Positions 18,335 through 28,380 of a DNA stretch of 64,000 nt are shown here, one piece after another. Source of the DNA: Candidatus Dojkabacteria bacterium (GTDB lineage: Bacteria; Patescibacteriota; Dojkabacteria; J137). A program made the position numbers and the translations under genes. The stretch's first letter is position 1. Each line of letters starts with the position of its first letter. A model generated the notes under the pieces. That model saw nothing but the letters and a program-made list of their open reading frames with translations. It was not told the origin of the DNA and did no database searches. The stretch lies in contig JAUQWV010000001.1 of NCBI GenBank assembly GCA_030834985.1, forward strand, positions 23,778 to 87,777, written 5' to 3'.

Positions 18335-19162
18335 TTATGCAATCCCGTAAGTAACTGCAATTACTATTAAAATCACCAAAACATATTCTGTTAATACACC
18401 TCTACTAAAGGTTTTCATTACCAGATGGTGAATTATTGCGGAAGTTAGATAGAAAATAAAGAATAATCCTAAGCTTATCTGTAAACTATTCACTACTCTA
18501 TCTATATGATACAAAAAGAATATAATCCCAATAAATACACTTGCAATTGATCCGTAAACTAAAGAATATAAATGAACTTTATCGTAGCGCCATAGCATTA
18601 AAACAATAAGACTAAAAGTTACAGCAATCATTGAAGCAGCGTATAAGACTAAATTATTCGTAAAATTATTTGCTGCATTTGAAAATACATCTGCCAGACA
18701 AAAGAAAATTAAAAATTTTATTAAATCATATACATAATGAGTTTTATCTTGAGCTCTTAATTTATGATCAAAAAAAGCACGTATATTTACAAAAAGAACA
18801 AAGAATGTAATAAAGACGGCTATTAATAAAAATACTAAAGATGAACTTCTTAGGTTATAAAATCCAAATCCTACAATAGAAAAATATAAGCCAATAGGTA
18901 GTATCAATTTATGAAAGAGATGAGAAAGCTCGTTAATTTCATCATCAAAATCTAGGTTAATTTCTACTTTAGAGCTTTTAGTTCTCCAGTGAGAAAATAT
19001 TTCAACAACGTAAATAAAAAGTACTAACAAGGAGAATAATATAAATCTATTTATACTTTGATTCTGGTGTAATTCCTGTAGGGCTATATATATGCCTAAA
19101 GTAACCGATAGTGAGTAAAAGAATGTTCTGAAATACTTTTTTGTCAATTTAGACAAGAACAT
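18335..19162 (-). CDS. Hypothetical polytopic membrane protein
   Basis: 275 aa with multiple hydrophobic helices. No recognisable motif. Confidence 0.5.
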   Translation of the reverse strand: MFLSKLTKKYFRTFFYSLSVTLGIYIALQELHQNQSINRFILFSLLVLFIYVVEIFSHWRTKSSKVEINLDFDDEINELSHLFHKLILPIGLYFSIVGFGFYNLRSSSLVFLLIAVFITFFVLFVNIRAFFDHKLRAQDKTHYVYDLIKFLIFFCLADVFSNAANNFTNNLVLYAASMIAVTFSLIVLMLWRYDKVHLYSLVYGSIASVFIGIIFFLYHIDRVVNSLQISLGLFFIFYLTSAIIHHLVMKTFSRGVLTEYVLVILIVIAVTYGIA

Positions 19163-19204
19163 TAAAGTTGGACTATCAAAAACCCAGTAAAATAATATAT
19201 ACTA

Positions 19205-20347
19205 ATGATAAGATACTCTGGCTTTGAATGCTATATGAAAGGTAAAAAAAGAAGGCGGATACCTAAAACAAGCTTTATAGATAATCCAAAATATGGATTT
19301 ATTAAAAGGCTAATGCTTTTTGGTTTAGCTATTTCGGTATTAGGGTTTAACACCTTAATTAAGATTGATGTTAAAGCCAGTAATTCAACGGATTCTATTA
19401 CCATTGAAAACCTGCTTAGGGCTCATAACGAATATAGAGCCGAAATGGGAATGGGACAATTAAGATTAAATACGCTGCTTAACATTTCGGCTCAAAAGAA
19501 AGGCGAAGTTATGCTCAGCTCAAATTGTTGGTCGCACTACTGCCCCCCTAATAAGTCCCCATGGAAATTCTTTGATGAAGCGAAGTATGATTATGTGTTT
19601 GCGGGAGAAAACCTTGCAGAAGGCTACTACAATATCGGTGATGTAATGCAGGCTTGGATTAATAGCAAAACCCACCGCGATAACATAGTTAAACCTGAAT
19701 TTGTTGAAGTGGGTTTTGCTATTCTATACGGCAATTATCTAAATAACTCAAATAATATGCTGGTTGTAGTTCATTTTGGGTCCCGTCCAGATGGCAGTGT
19801 ATTATCCGATTTTAATCCTGCTATAACTATAACGTCTCCTCAGAATAATGCTACAGTAGCAGCGCCTGAAGTTGATATAACAGGTTTAGTAAATGGATTT
19901 GATCAGGTTCAAGTGTTTAATAATAATACATTAAGCGGGCAAGCTCAGATTAGCGGAGGAATCTTTACCTATAGACTAGATAAACTTAACGAAGGACAAA
20001 ACCGAATCTATGCAGATGGCATAAACTCATCGGGCTTTTCGCTTACTTCTAATACAGTAAATGTTACATATACTCCGAATGTAGAAATGGTAAGCGAAAC
20101 AACAGAGTTTTTAAATACAGAAGAGGGCTTTACGATATCATTACAGAATCGAAATTTAATTAATCTTGGATTTATAATATTTTTAGCACTGATTTTTATA
20201 ATAGATATAATTTTAGTTTCTAGAACATCAGCAATATCTACGAAGAAATCTTTCTCTCACTACCATTTGGGACTTATTATATTAGTAGCATTAATTATTG
20301 CGATAGGCGGATTTGCAGGACAAATTCAAAATGGTATATCCGTATAA
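19205..20347 (+). CDS. CAP (SCP/PR-1-like) domain-containing secreted/anchored protein
   Basis: CAP motifs (HNEYR..., GENLA, HY..V.W) followed by Ig-like repeats and C-terminal TM segments. Confidence 0.65.
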   Translation: MIRYSGFECYMKGKKRRRIPKTSFIDNPKYGFIKRLMLFGLAISVLGFNTLIKIDVKASNSTDSITIENLLRAHNEYRAEMGMGQLRLNTLLNISAQKKGEVMLSSNCWSHYCPPNKSPWKFFDEAKYDYVFAGENLAEGYYNIGDVMQAWINSKTHRDNIVKPEFVEVGFAILYGNYLNNSNNMLVVVHFGSRPDGSVLSDFNPAITITSPQNNATVAAPEVDITGLVNGFDQVQVFNNNTLSGQAQISGGIFTYRLDKLNEGQNRIYADGINSSGFSLTSNTVNVTYTPNVEMVSETTEFLNTEEGFTISLQNRNLINLGFIIFLALIFIIDIILVSRTSAISTKKSFSHYHLGLIILVALIIAIGGFAGQIQNGISV

Positions 20348-20401
20348 TTAAATTGTGCGATATAATCAATTAAAATACCTTTATATTTTTCTATATTTGT
20401 T

Positions 20402-21892
20402 ATGAGTAAAATCAAATTAGTCTTACCAGTTGGTAATAAAGCAGTTACTTTTTCAAACCCTTTTACTAAAGAATTTATTACATTTAAAAATCTGCTTGTA
20501 ATAACTAATTTGCTTTCTATAGGAGTATTCTCACTTTTTATATTCCTGTTACCTACAATGGCAGGAATTTTAAGCTATACGGAGCTTGATACAGTAGTTT
20601 TAAGATTTTTGATATTTTTTGTGTTTGCTTTACTTGCAATATTTTTAGTAAGAGTTGTTTTCGCAGGAGGAAAAATAATTATCGATCCGAAAGGTTTTTT
20701 AATGGTATTGCTTTTTAATCTTGTACTTACTGCTTCAAGCGTTTTGGTTGTAACAACAAGAGTTTCTAATACATTCGGAACAGTAGGCTTTAGGTATTTA
20801 GCTGGAATAACTTTAATATCTTTAATTGGTGTATTCTATTTTACAAGTCTACATACTATGGTTAATACTGCAGTAAGAAGATTTGTTGATTTATTTATAT
20901 TTGGAACTGAAATATTTGTATTAGTACAACTGTTAAGTGAAAGAACATCTACACAAACTGGTGTTATTATGGCAAGTTTACCAGTTCTGGCTTTAGCAAT
21001 TTTACTATCTGCTTATAGATTATTAAGTGAAAGTAAAATCGATGCTGTTAAGGCGATTATTCTGGCTGTGTTTACAGGTCTTTCTATTTTAATAATTCCT
21101 TTAAATATACAAAGTTACTCTACTTTATTTCTGTTCACTTTAGCTCTTTTAATTTCTTATCTGCTTGTAGCATTACTTTATGTATCTAGGGTCAAGTTAA
21201 CATTTAAATCCAGAGTTAAAACGGCTTTAAATAACTTTAAACTAAAGATGTTATCAAAATCTGATGTACAGGTTTTAGCTGTATTGGTAGTGCCGGTAGT
21301 TTTGATACTAGCCTTAGCATTCTTTTATTTAAATTTAAGTAATAAAAATATTTTTAATCCTATTGTGCAGCAATATTCTACTGCATTACAAAATTTAAAT
21401 GGTGGTGCTGAATTAAATACAAATAACTTAAGAACTTTGGTTTTAGGTAAAGGAAGTGATAACTATTCATCTAATGCACCATTCTTGGTGAATGTTCTAA
21501 TTGTACAGGGCTTATTGGGAGTTTTAATCTACGCTGTACTTTGGACTTACTTTATTAACAAGGCTAAAGGAGCACTTTTATATAATCTGAAAAACAGAAG
21601 AGATTTTAAGCTTACAGCTGTTATCTTGTTCTATTTAATTTTAATGCCTTTAGTTCTTATTTATTCATACCCTAGCCTAATAGCAATTATTGTAATGTGG
21701 GCTGCATTTGCTTTAGTAGGCAATCTTAAATATAAAGAAGATCAAAAGGATCTGTTTTTAACAGAGCCTCAAGCTCTACCTCAAACTAAAAATAAAGCAT
21801 TGTTATTTAGTGTATTAAGAGTTGTATCAGTAGTTTTAATTACTACTGCTGCAGTTTACTTGGTACACTTTTTGTGGACGGTAATAAAGTAG
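20402..21892 (+). CDS. Hypothetical polytopic membrane protein (O-antigen ligase/polymerase-like topology)
   Basis: 496 aa with at least 10 predicted TM helices. Confidence 0.45.
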   Translation: MSKIKLVLPVGNKAVTFSNPFTKEFITFKNLLVITNLLSIGVFSLFIFLLPTMAGILSYTELDTVVLRFLIFFVFALLAIFLVRVVFAGGKIIIDPKGFLMVLLFNLVLTASSVLVVTTRVSNTFGTVGFRYLAGITLISLIGVFYFTSLHTMVNTAVRRFVDLFIFGTEIFVLVQLLSERTSTQTGVIMASLPVLALAILLSAYRLLSESKIDAVKAIILAVFTGLSILIIPLNIQSYSTLFLFTLALLISYLLVALLYVSRVKLTFKSRVKTALNNFKLKMLSKSDVQVLAVLVVPVVLILALAFFYLNLSNKNIFNPIVQQYSTALQNLNGGAELNTNNLRTLVLGKGSDNYSSNAPFLVNVLIVQGLLGVLIYAVLWTYFINKAKGALLYNLKNRRDFKLTAVILFYLILMPLVLIYSYPSLIAIIVMWAAFALVGNLKYKEDQKDLFLTEPQALPQTKNKALLFSVLRVVSVVLITTAAVYLVHFLWTVIK

Positions 21893-21893
21893 T

Positions 21894-23189
21894 TTATCTT
21901 GAATGTTTTGTTTCTTGATTACTACTTTTACTTATATTTAAAAGTAAACCAACACCCATTAAAGTTACTAAAGTGTTGCTTCCTCCGTATGTGAAGAAAG
22001 GCAGGGGCATTCCGCCAAATGGAATTATAGCTAGATTGGCAGCGATATTAAGGAATGCCTGAATAGAGATCCATCCAGTAATGCCAAGCGCAATGAGAGC
22101 TAAATATTTATTCTTAGCATTTCGAGCAATTTGAAGTCCTAGCGACATAAAATAAAAGTAGCCGAATATTAAAATTAGTGAGCCTAAGAGGCCGAATTCT
22201 TCACCAAAGACGGCAAAAATTGAGTCAGTGTAAGCTGCTTCCTGCAGAAAAAATAATTTTTGCCGTGATTCACCATATCCTACTCCAAAAAGGCCTCCTG
22301 ATCCTATTGCAATTAGTCCATTCCAGATTTGGAAACTACTACCCTGTTTATTTTCTGGTTCTCCATTAACCAATATTTCTACAAATGACTGTACTCTTTC
22401 TCTACGATAAGGCTCTATAATTGAAGCTCCAACTCCAACTATTAAAGCTAAAATCAGCATTAATAGTACAAAACGGGATTCTTTTTTTGTTGTGCTTGCT
22501 GCAAATGATATTGCAAAGAATGTTAATACAATTACTACTATTGTATCTAAGTCTCTTTCTAGCAGAATTAATAAACTTGTAACTACAACTACTATAAGAG
22601 GCAAGAACTTATAGCAGAATTTTAAGATCGGATGCAAATATTCATTATTTTTATATCCCTTAATCCACTTTTCGATTTTATTTTTAGCGTTATCGCTAAT
22701 TGTAAGCCAAAAACTGGTAAATAAAATAATAGCAAGCTTTGCAAGCTCTGCCGGCTGAATATCAAAAACTCCGGGAATTCTAATCCATCTTGTAGCTCCA
22801 TTAAGTGTTACTACTCCGGGCATTTCAATATTAAATACTGCTTGAGGGATTAAATATAATAGTAATACTGAACTTATAATTAAAAGCCATTTAGTTACGA
22901 ATCGTAAGCTTCTATACGATAGCTTGTAAAATATATAAGCTAAAACTAACCCAATGACTATTAAAAGCAATTGTCTTTTAACAAAATAAAAGGTGTCCTC
23001 GTATCTTACAAATGCTAAAACTGCGCTTGCGCTGAATATCATTAAAATACCTGCTACTAAAAATGCAAGTACTAGAATAATGAGCTGTATATTTGGGCGG
23101 TCTGCTTCTTTCTTTTTAATTTGTGCAGACCGCCTTGTAGTAACTATTCTTTTTTTATTTTTTTTAGATCTACCGAACATAGCTAACAA
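21894..23189 (-). CDS. ftsW: SEDS family peptidoglycan glycosyltransferase (FtsW/RodA)
   Basis: Polytopic, with a conserved C-terminal block. Basic N-terminal extension. Confidence 0.8.
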   Translation of the reverse strand: MLAMFGRSKKNKKRIVTTRRSAQIKKKEADRPNIQLIILVLAFLVAGILMIFSASAVLAFVRYEDTFYFVKRQLLLIVIGLVLAYIFYKLSYRSLRFVTKWLLIISSVLLLYLIPQAVFNIEMPGVVTLNGATRWIRIPGVFDIQPAELAKLAIILFTSFWLTISDNAKNKIEKWIKGYKNNEYLHPILKFCYKFLPLIVVVVTSLLILLERDLDTIVVIVLTFFAISFAASTTKKESRFVLLMLILALIVGVGASIIEPYRRERVQSFVEILVNGEPENKQGSSFQIWNGLIAIGSGGLFGVGYGESRQKLFFLQEAAYTDSIFAVFGEEFGLLGSLILIFGYFYFMSLGLQIARNAKNKYLALIALGITGWISIQAFLNIAANLAIIPFGGMPLPFFTYGGSNTLVTLMGVGLLLNISKSSNQETKHSR

Positions 23190-23529
23190 AATTATACTCT
23201 TTAATCATGATATACTTTAAAAAATACTTTTCAATCCAAAAACTATGTTCGGAACGGTGTTTAACTCCATTTTAAGGTGTGTGGCAATCCCAATCGTTTC
23301 TTTTCTTTTATTACAAAAAATATTTGAGCCCAAAGAAGCACTTTTAATTGTTGCAATCGCTCTGACATTGACTAATATTCTATCTATAATCTGGCAGTTG
23401 ATAAAAGCAATTCCCAACCTAGTACTTTTAAGAGCAGGCAGCTTAATTAAAATATTTATTAGGATTTTTTTTGAAGTTGCTAGTATAATTGGCTTCTGGG
23501 CTTACTATCTAATGAATTACAATTAAAAT

Positions 23530-24567
23530 ATGAAGACTTTTTATGTTACAGATTTAACTAACGGACTTAGTTTATCTGGTGAAGCTTTTGCAATTGCAGA
23601 AGTTATGCGTATGGCCGATAAATACGAAAGACCTTATCTAAAGCTTGTTCTAGCAGATAAAACAGGTAAAGTTGATGCCAAAATCTGGAATGATGCTTTA
23701 GCTAAATCAGATCAAAAAATTTTTAAAGAAGGATCAGTAATCCTTATTGACGGTTCAGTTGAAGACTACAGAGGCAAAATCCAAGTTACTGTTACCTCTG
23801 CTAAAAGAGCAGATGAATCAAAATTAGATGATTTTATTGAAAAGAGCCAGTTTGATGCTACTGAGATGATGTCAGAATTAATGTCATATGTAGAAAAAAT
23901 TGAGCATAAAGCCTTAAGGTCAATTGTGCAGGAGATGTTTAAAGACGAAGCATTCAAGACAAGCTATAAATTCTGGCCTGCTGCAAAGTCAGTACATCAT
24001 GATTTTAGATCAGGTTTGCTGCAACATGTTTTAGAGATGCTAAATATCGCTTATTCGATGAAAAAATTCTATCCAATGGCTAATTATGATATCTTAACTG
24101 CCGGAATTATTCTGCATGATATGGGTAAGTTTGAGGAATTCTCAATTAATGGTATTAGTACAGAGTATTCTAAAAAAGGTATTCTAGTTGGACATATACC
24201 GCTAGGTGCGTTGACTTTTGATAAATATGCAAAAGGTAAATTATCGGAAGATTTATATTATCATATGCTGCATATGATATTAGCTCATCATGGTGAACAG
24301 CAATACGGCAGCCCAATTGTTCCAGCAACAATAGAAGCTGTAATGTTAAGTTATATTGATAGACTTTCTGATAAAGCAAGGTGTGCTGTTCAAGCTGTAG
24401 AAGATATTTCACCTGGTGAAGAATTTGGCAAATATAATCCTTGGATGGAAAATGCTAGATTCTGGAAAGGTGGTAATTATGATGATATCTCAGAAGAATT
24501 AGAAGAAACTCTGGATAAACAAAATGAAGAAGGTGATCAATTAATTTTTAGTTCTGAAAATGAATAG
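23530..24567 (+). CDS. yhaM: 3'-5' exoribonuclease YhaM-like (OB-fold + HD domain)
   Basis: N-terminal OB fold. HD motifs (H..H.LE, ILHDMGK). Confidence 0.75.
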   Translation: MKTFYVTDLTNGLSLSGEAFAIAEVMRMADKYERPYLKLVLADKTGKVDAKIWNDALAKSDQKIFKEGSVILIDGSVEDYRGKIQVTVTSAKRADESKLDDFIEKSQFDATEMMSELMSYVEKIEHKALRSIVQEMFKDEAFKTSYKFWPAAKSVHHDFRSGLLQHVLEMLNIAYSMKKFYPMANYDILTAGIILHDMGKFEEFSINGISTEYSKKGILVGHIPLGALTFDKYAKGKLSEDLYYHMLHMILAHHGEQQYGSPIVPATIEAVMLSYIDRLSDKARCAVQAVEDISPGEEFGKYNPWMENARFWKGGNYDDISEELEETLDKQNEEGDQLIFSSENE

Positions 24568-25204
24568 AAGACTTCCTGACGATAAATTTAAAGGTATAAA
24601 ACATAGACCAGATGTTAAAACTTATAGGCTTTTTTTGGGAATATTCCCTCCAGAAAGCTATATAACTACATTTAGAAATGTAATCCGCGAATACGATAAA
24701 GAAAAACGTAATATAAAAGTAATACCGATGGATCAAATTCATCTAACATTAAGATTTATAGGTGCTAGAGTTAGTGAGAATAGCAAAAATCTTATTGAAG
24801 AAGCTTTAAACAAATACGAGGGAAGATTCCCTAAGCCAGAGATTCAGCTAAAAGATATTCAGTTCGGCTTTCCGCATCAATATGATCCTAGAGTAATAAT
24901 GAACACTGTGGAGCCTAATGATGATCTTGATAACTTGTCTGATTTGGTTCACTCAATAATTCGTGATCTAAGATTATTAGATACAATAAGGTGGAAAGAA
25001 AAAGCAAGTAACCGATTCCACATTTCGCTTGCTAAGTTAAAGGAATCTGCTACTAGAAGTACCGGCAAAAATGTTGCTGAAATTACAAAGAAAATTAATT
25101 TTGAAGCTCCAGAGAGCTTTACACCAGAATATATTGACCTTGTCGAAAGTCAAATGACTAAACAAGGAATTGTCTACAAACGTTTAGCCAGGATTAAACT
25201 GTAA
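24560..25204 (+). CDS. 2H phosphoesterase superfamily protein (LigT/ThpR-like RNA 2',3'-cyclic phosphodiesterase)
   Basis: Two H-x-T/S motifs (HLTLRF, HISLAK). 8-nt overlap with yhaM. Confidence 0.65.
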   Translation: MNRRLPDDKFKGIKHRPDVKTYRLFLGIFPPESYITTFRNVIREYDKEKRNIKVIPMDQIHLTLRFIGARVSENSKNLIEEALNKYEGRFPKPEIQLKDIQFGFPHQYDPRVIMNTVEPNDDLDNLSDLVHSIIRDLRLLDTIRWKEKASNRFHISLAKLKESATRSTGKNVAEITKKINFEAPESFTPEYIDLVESQMTKQGIVYKRLARIKL

Positions 25205-25507
25205 TTATTCTTTGCTTACTATCTTGCTTGTTCTAATATAGCCGTTTTTAGTTCGCCCATCTGTAGCATTTTGAAGTACTTTTGCCTGCGGTAAAGAAGG
25301 TTTTATTTCGTCAGGCTGTAATACATTTCCTGCAAAGTTATTTAGATGATGTTCAAATTCGATATCTGAAGCATCACACTCTTTAATCTGCGAAATATAG
25401 TCTAAGATATTATTGAATTCAGAGGCGAACTTGGCAAGCTCTGCATCTGTAAACTTTAGTTTTGCCAAGTTCGCTATGTGTTTTATCTCTTCTATTGTTA
25501 CTGCCAT
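25205..25507 (-). CDS. gatC: Asp/Glu-tRNA amidotransferase subunit C
   Basis: 100 aa with GatC signature (IANLAKL.F.D.EL). Confidence 0.8.
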   Translation of the reverse strand: MAVTIEEIKHIANLAKLKFTDAELAKFASEFNNILDYISQIKECDASDIEFEHHLNNFAGNVLQPDEIKPSLPQAKVLQNATDGRTKNGYIRTSKIVSKE

Positions 25508-25508
25508 A

Positions 25509-26891
25509 TTAGCTAAGTGTAACTGTTTCTTTCAAATCTGGAATTATGCAGTTATTTATTCCCATATTTTCCAGATGTAATTTTAAAGCTTCTGCTCTAT
25601 CAGGCTCTGCATGCACTAAGTATATATTTTTTAAGTTTGGACTTAAAAATCTTTGAAGCCATTTTACATAATCATTTGTATCTCCGTGGGCAGAAAAACC
25701 CTCTAAATGATGAATTCTGGCATTAACTCTGACTTTTTTAGTACCGATGATAACCTCACTAGCTCCTTCAACTAATTCTCGGCCTAAAGTTCCCTTTGCT
25801 TGAAACCCAACAAAGATTACTGAATTCTTTTGATTTTCTAAGCCGGTAGCTAAGTGATCCATAATTCTTCCACCATCAGCCATCCCGCTACCGGCTAAGA
25901 TTACTTGTCCGGATTTTTTAGTTAGTTGCAGCGATTGTTTATATTTTTTTACGTATATAAGATTAGGAAAATCAAATGGTGATTCTTCTGAATGCTGTAA
26001 AGCTTGAGAATAAATGTTTGTAACTCTTTGAGCTAAGGGACTGTCTAGCCAAACAGGCAAATCATCTGATAATGCTCCCCCTATTTTAGCCTTTTTTATA
26101 TCATTCAAAACTTCCTGTGCTCTTTGTACAGCAAAGCATGGAATAAAAGCATTCCCGCCTTTATCTGTTGTTTCTTTAATTAAAGTAATTAACTTGTTTG
26201 CAGATTCAATCCTATCGATATGAATTTCACCTCCATATAAAGATTCCATTATTACATATTCAGGTTCTAGTTTTAAATTTTGGTCAAATGTTGGAATAAT
26301 TGCACTTTGAACTCTTCCAATATCGCCGGAAAATATGATTGTCTTTTCTTTTCCCTCATCTTGAACTTTAATAATAAGGCTAGCTGCACCAAGAATATGA
26401 CCAGCTTGAATATATGTAACTTTGATACCAGGAACCGGTTCAAATTCGTCATCATAACTTATAGCTGAAAACTGAGCGATTGTTTGCATTGCATCTTTTG
26501 TATTGTAAACAATCGCCCGAATACCAGTATATTTTCCATAAGATTCTCCACGCTGGAAAGCATTTTCCTGTAGTTTTGCTGAATCTAACAATAGTTCGGT
26601 AGAAATCTGAATAGTATTATTGGTAGCATAAATCTTTCCTTGATACCCTGCTTTCACAAGCTTAGGCATCATACCTGAATGATCAATATGTGCATGAGTA
26701 AGTAACGCAAAATTAATATCAGCAGGATTATATTCAATAGGTTCCAAGTTGTAATGCTCTACATCTTCTCCTTGGAACATTCCGCAGTCTACAACAAAAT
26801 TTCCTACATCTGTTTTTACTAAATAATGGGAACCTGTAACAGTCTTCGCCGCACCAAAAAATTCGATTGAAATCATAAGCTTTTTAAACAA
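25509..26891 (-). CDS. MBL-fold beta-CASP family ribonuclease
   Basis: HxHxDH (LLTHAHIDHSG), beta-CASP region, C-terminal RNA-specificity domain. Confidence 0.75.
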   Translation of the reverse strand: MFKKLMISIEFFGAAKTVTGSHYLVKTDVGNFVVDCGMFQGEDVEHYNLEPIEYNPADINFALLTHAHIDHSGMMPKLVKAGYQGKIYATNNTIQISTELLLDSAKLQENAFQRGESYGKYTGIRAIVYNTKDAMQTIAQFSAISYDDEFEPVPGIKVTYIQAGHILGAASLIIKVQDEGKEKTIIFSGDIGRVQSAIIPTFDQNLKLEPEYVIMESLYGGEIHIDRIESANKLITLIKETTDKGGNAFIPCFAVQRAQEVLNDIKKAKIGGALSDDLPVWLDSPLAQRVTNIYSQALQHSEESPFDFPNLIYVKKYKQSLQLTKKSGQVILAGSGMADGGRIMDHLATGLENQKNSVIFVGFQAKGTLGRELVEGASEVIIGTKKVRVNARIHHLEGFSAHGDTNDYVKWLQRFLSPNLKNIYLVHAEPDRAEALKLHLENMGINNCIIPDLKETVTLS

Positions 26892-26962
26892 ATATCATTC
26901 ATAATGATAGCAAAAAAAATAAATCTGAACTATGGTAAAATCCGATGTAACAATGATTTTCT

Positions 26963-27301
26963 ATGCTAAGAAAACAACAAAGATTAAAATCAGGTGAGAT
27001 ACCTCATTTAGCAAGAAGGGGCCGAAGAGTATATTCCGAGGACTTTGAACTAAGAATGTGGTGGGATAATAAATTTAAAGAGCCTGCATTTGCGGTTTCG
27101 GTATCTACTACTGTTGATAAAAGAGCTGTTGTTCGAAACCGCATAAGACGAAAATTTAAATCTGCAATAAAGGATTTAATAGAAAAAGGTGCTAAATTCA
27201 GGAATGGAAAATACTTAGTAATTGTAAGAAGCGCCAAAATAGTTGATGTTCCTATTGAAGATTTATCAAAGCTTTTGTACAAAGCTGTAGCAACTAACTA
27301 G
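26963..27301 (+). CDS. rnpA: RNase P protein component
   Basis: 112 aa, basic, RNRIRR(K) motif. Confidence 0.8.
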   Translation: MLRKQQRLKSGEIPHLARRGRRVYSEDFELRMWWDNKFKEPAFAVSVSTTVDKRAVVRNRIRRKFKSAIKDLIEKGAKFRNGKYLVIVRSAKIVDVPIEDLSKLLYKAVATN

Positions 27302-27311
27302 AATAATATTG

Positions 27312-28328
27312 TTAGTTTACATTTGGCTTATAAGCCAAATTTCCCCCTAATAAAGTTCTAATATCTGTAATCTTATGTTTTGCCATTGCCCAGCGGTCTA
27401 GTCCTAGTCCAAAAGCAAAGCCCTGCCATTTTTCGGGGTCAATTCCGGCCATTTTTAACATATTCGGGTGTCTAATTCCGGCTCCTCCCATTTCTATCCA
27501 GCCTCTATTTTTACAAACTGCACACCCTGCTCCATGGCAATTAAAGCACTGCATGTCAGGACCAACACCTGGCTCGACTTCGGGATAATATTTATTCCTA
27601 AATCTGATAACTACATCATCTCCTAGGTAAGATTTGAATAAATACTCAATTGTTGCGAGCAAATCTGCCATACTTACTTTTTCTTGTATGCAAACTAACT
27701 GATATTGATGGAATACAAAGTGATTTGTTCTAGTTACTTTTTCATTTCTATAAGTTCTACCCGGCATAACAACTTTAAAGGGAGGCTCATACTGTTCTAA
27801 AATGTGTGTTTCAATTGAGGTTGTTTGAGTTCTTAAAAGAATATTTGGTTCTTCAATATAAATTGTGTCTTGTAAATCCATTGCAGGATGATCAATTGGC
27901 AGATTTGCTCGCTCAAAATTGTATTCAGCAGTTTCAATTTCAGGACCGTCCATTACGCTGTATCCAATACGCATAAGGATCTTATTCATATCGTTAATAG
28001 TTTGCGTAAGTGGGTGAATATGGCCAATTTTTGGTTTGTCGTTTAGTAAAACACCTTGTACAGCTTCTAAGTATACTCCAAGATTTTGGTCTTGCAATGC
28101 TGCCTTTGCATTCTCAATTAAAATATCAACTTCATTTTTTAACTCATTTAATCTTAAGCCAAAATCTTTCCGCTCTTCTGGAGCAACTGATCCGATCTCT
28201 TTAAATTCGTTAGTGATAATCCCGTCTTTTCCTAGATATTTTCTCCAAACTTCTGTGAGTTCACTTTCAGTTTTTAGATCTTTAATTTCGTTTAAAACCT
28301 GGCTTTTTAATTCTGTGTGATTGATCAT
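27312..28328 (-). CDS. pheS: Phenylalanyl-tRNA synthetase alpha subunit
   Basis: Class II motifs 1-3. FRNE-like and GLGLDRWAM blocks. Contains a Cys4 cluster CFNCHGAGCAVC. Confidence 0.9.
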   Translation of the reverse strand: MINHTELKSQVLNEIKDLKTESELTEVWRKYLGKDGIITNEFKEIGSVAPEERKDFGLRLNELKNEVDILIENAKAALQDQNLGVYLEAVQGVLLNDKPKIGHIHPLTQTINDMNKILMRIGYSVMDGPEIETAEYNFERANLPIDHPAMDLQDTIYIEEPNILLRTQTTSIETHILEQYEPPFKVVMPGRTYRNEKVTRTNHFVFHQYQLVCIQEKVSMADLLATIEYLFKSYLGDDVVIRFRNKYYPEVEPGVGPDMQCFNCHGAGCAVCKNRGWIEMGGAGIRHPNMLKMAGIDPEKWQGFAFGLGLDRWAMAKHKITDIRTLLGGNLAYKPNVN

Positions 28329-28380
28329 AATTTAAAAATATCACAAAGTTCTATAAATTGTTACAGCTAGAGCTTTGTTT

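Noticed and set aside
23217-23526. Small ORFs (66 aa minus, 93 aa plus) in the ftsW-yhaM divergent intergenic region
   Set aside because: No SD sequences, and the two candidates overlap each other in an AT-rich promoter region. The 93-aa hydrophobic ORF might be real but I cannot support it.
26273-26468. Short ORFs (60 and 62 aa) on both strands inside the beta-CASP RNase gene, and similar short antisense ORFs elsewhere (e.g. 10357-10560, 13862-14110, 24170-24412, 38133-38411, 61387-61662)
   Set aside because: These are embedded in well-supported longer genes, have no SD sequences and have low-complexity composition. They are spurious.
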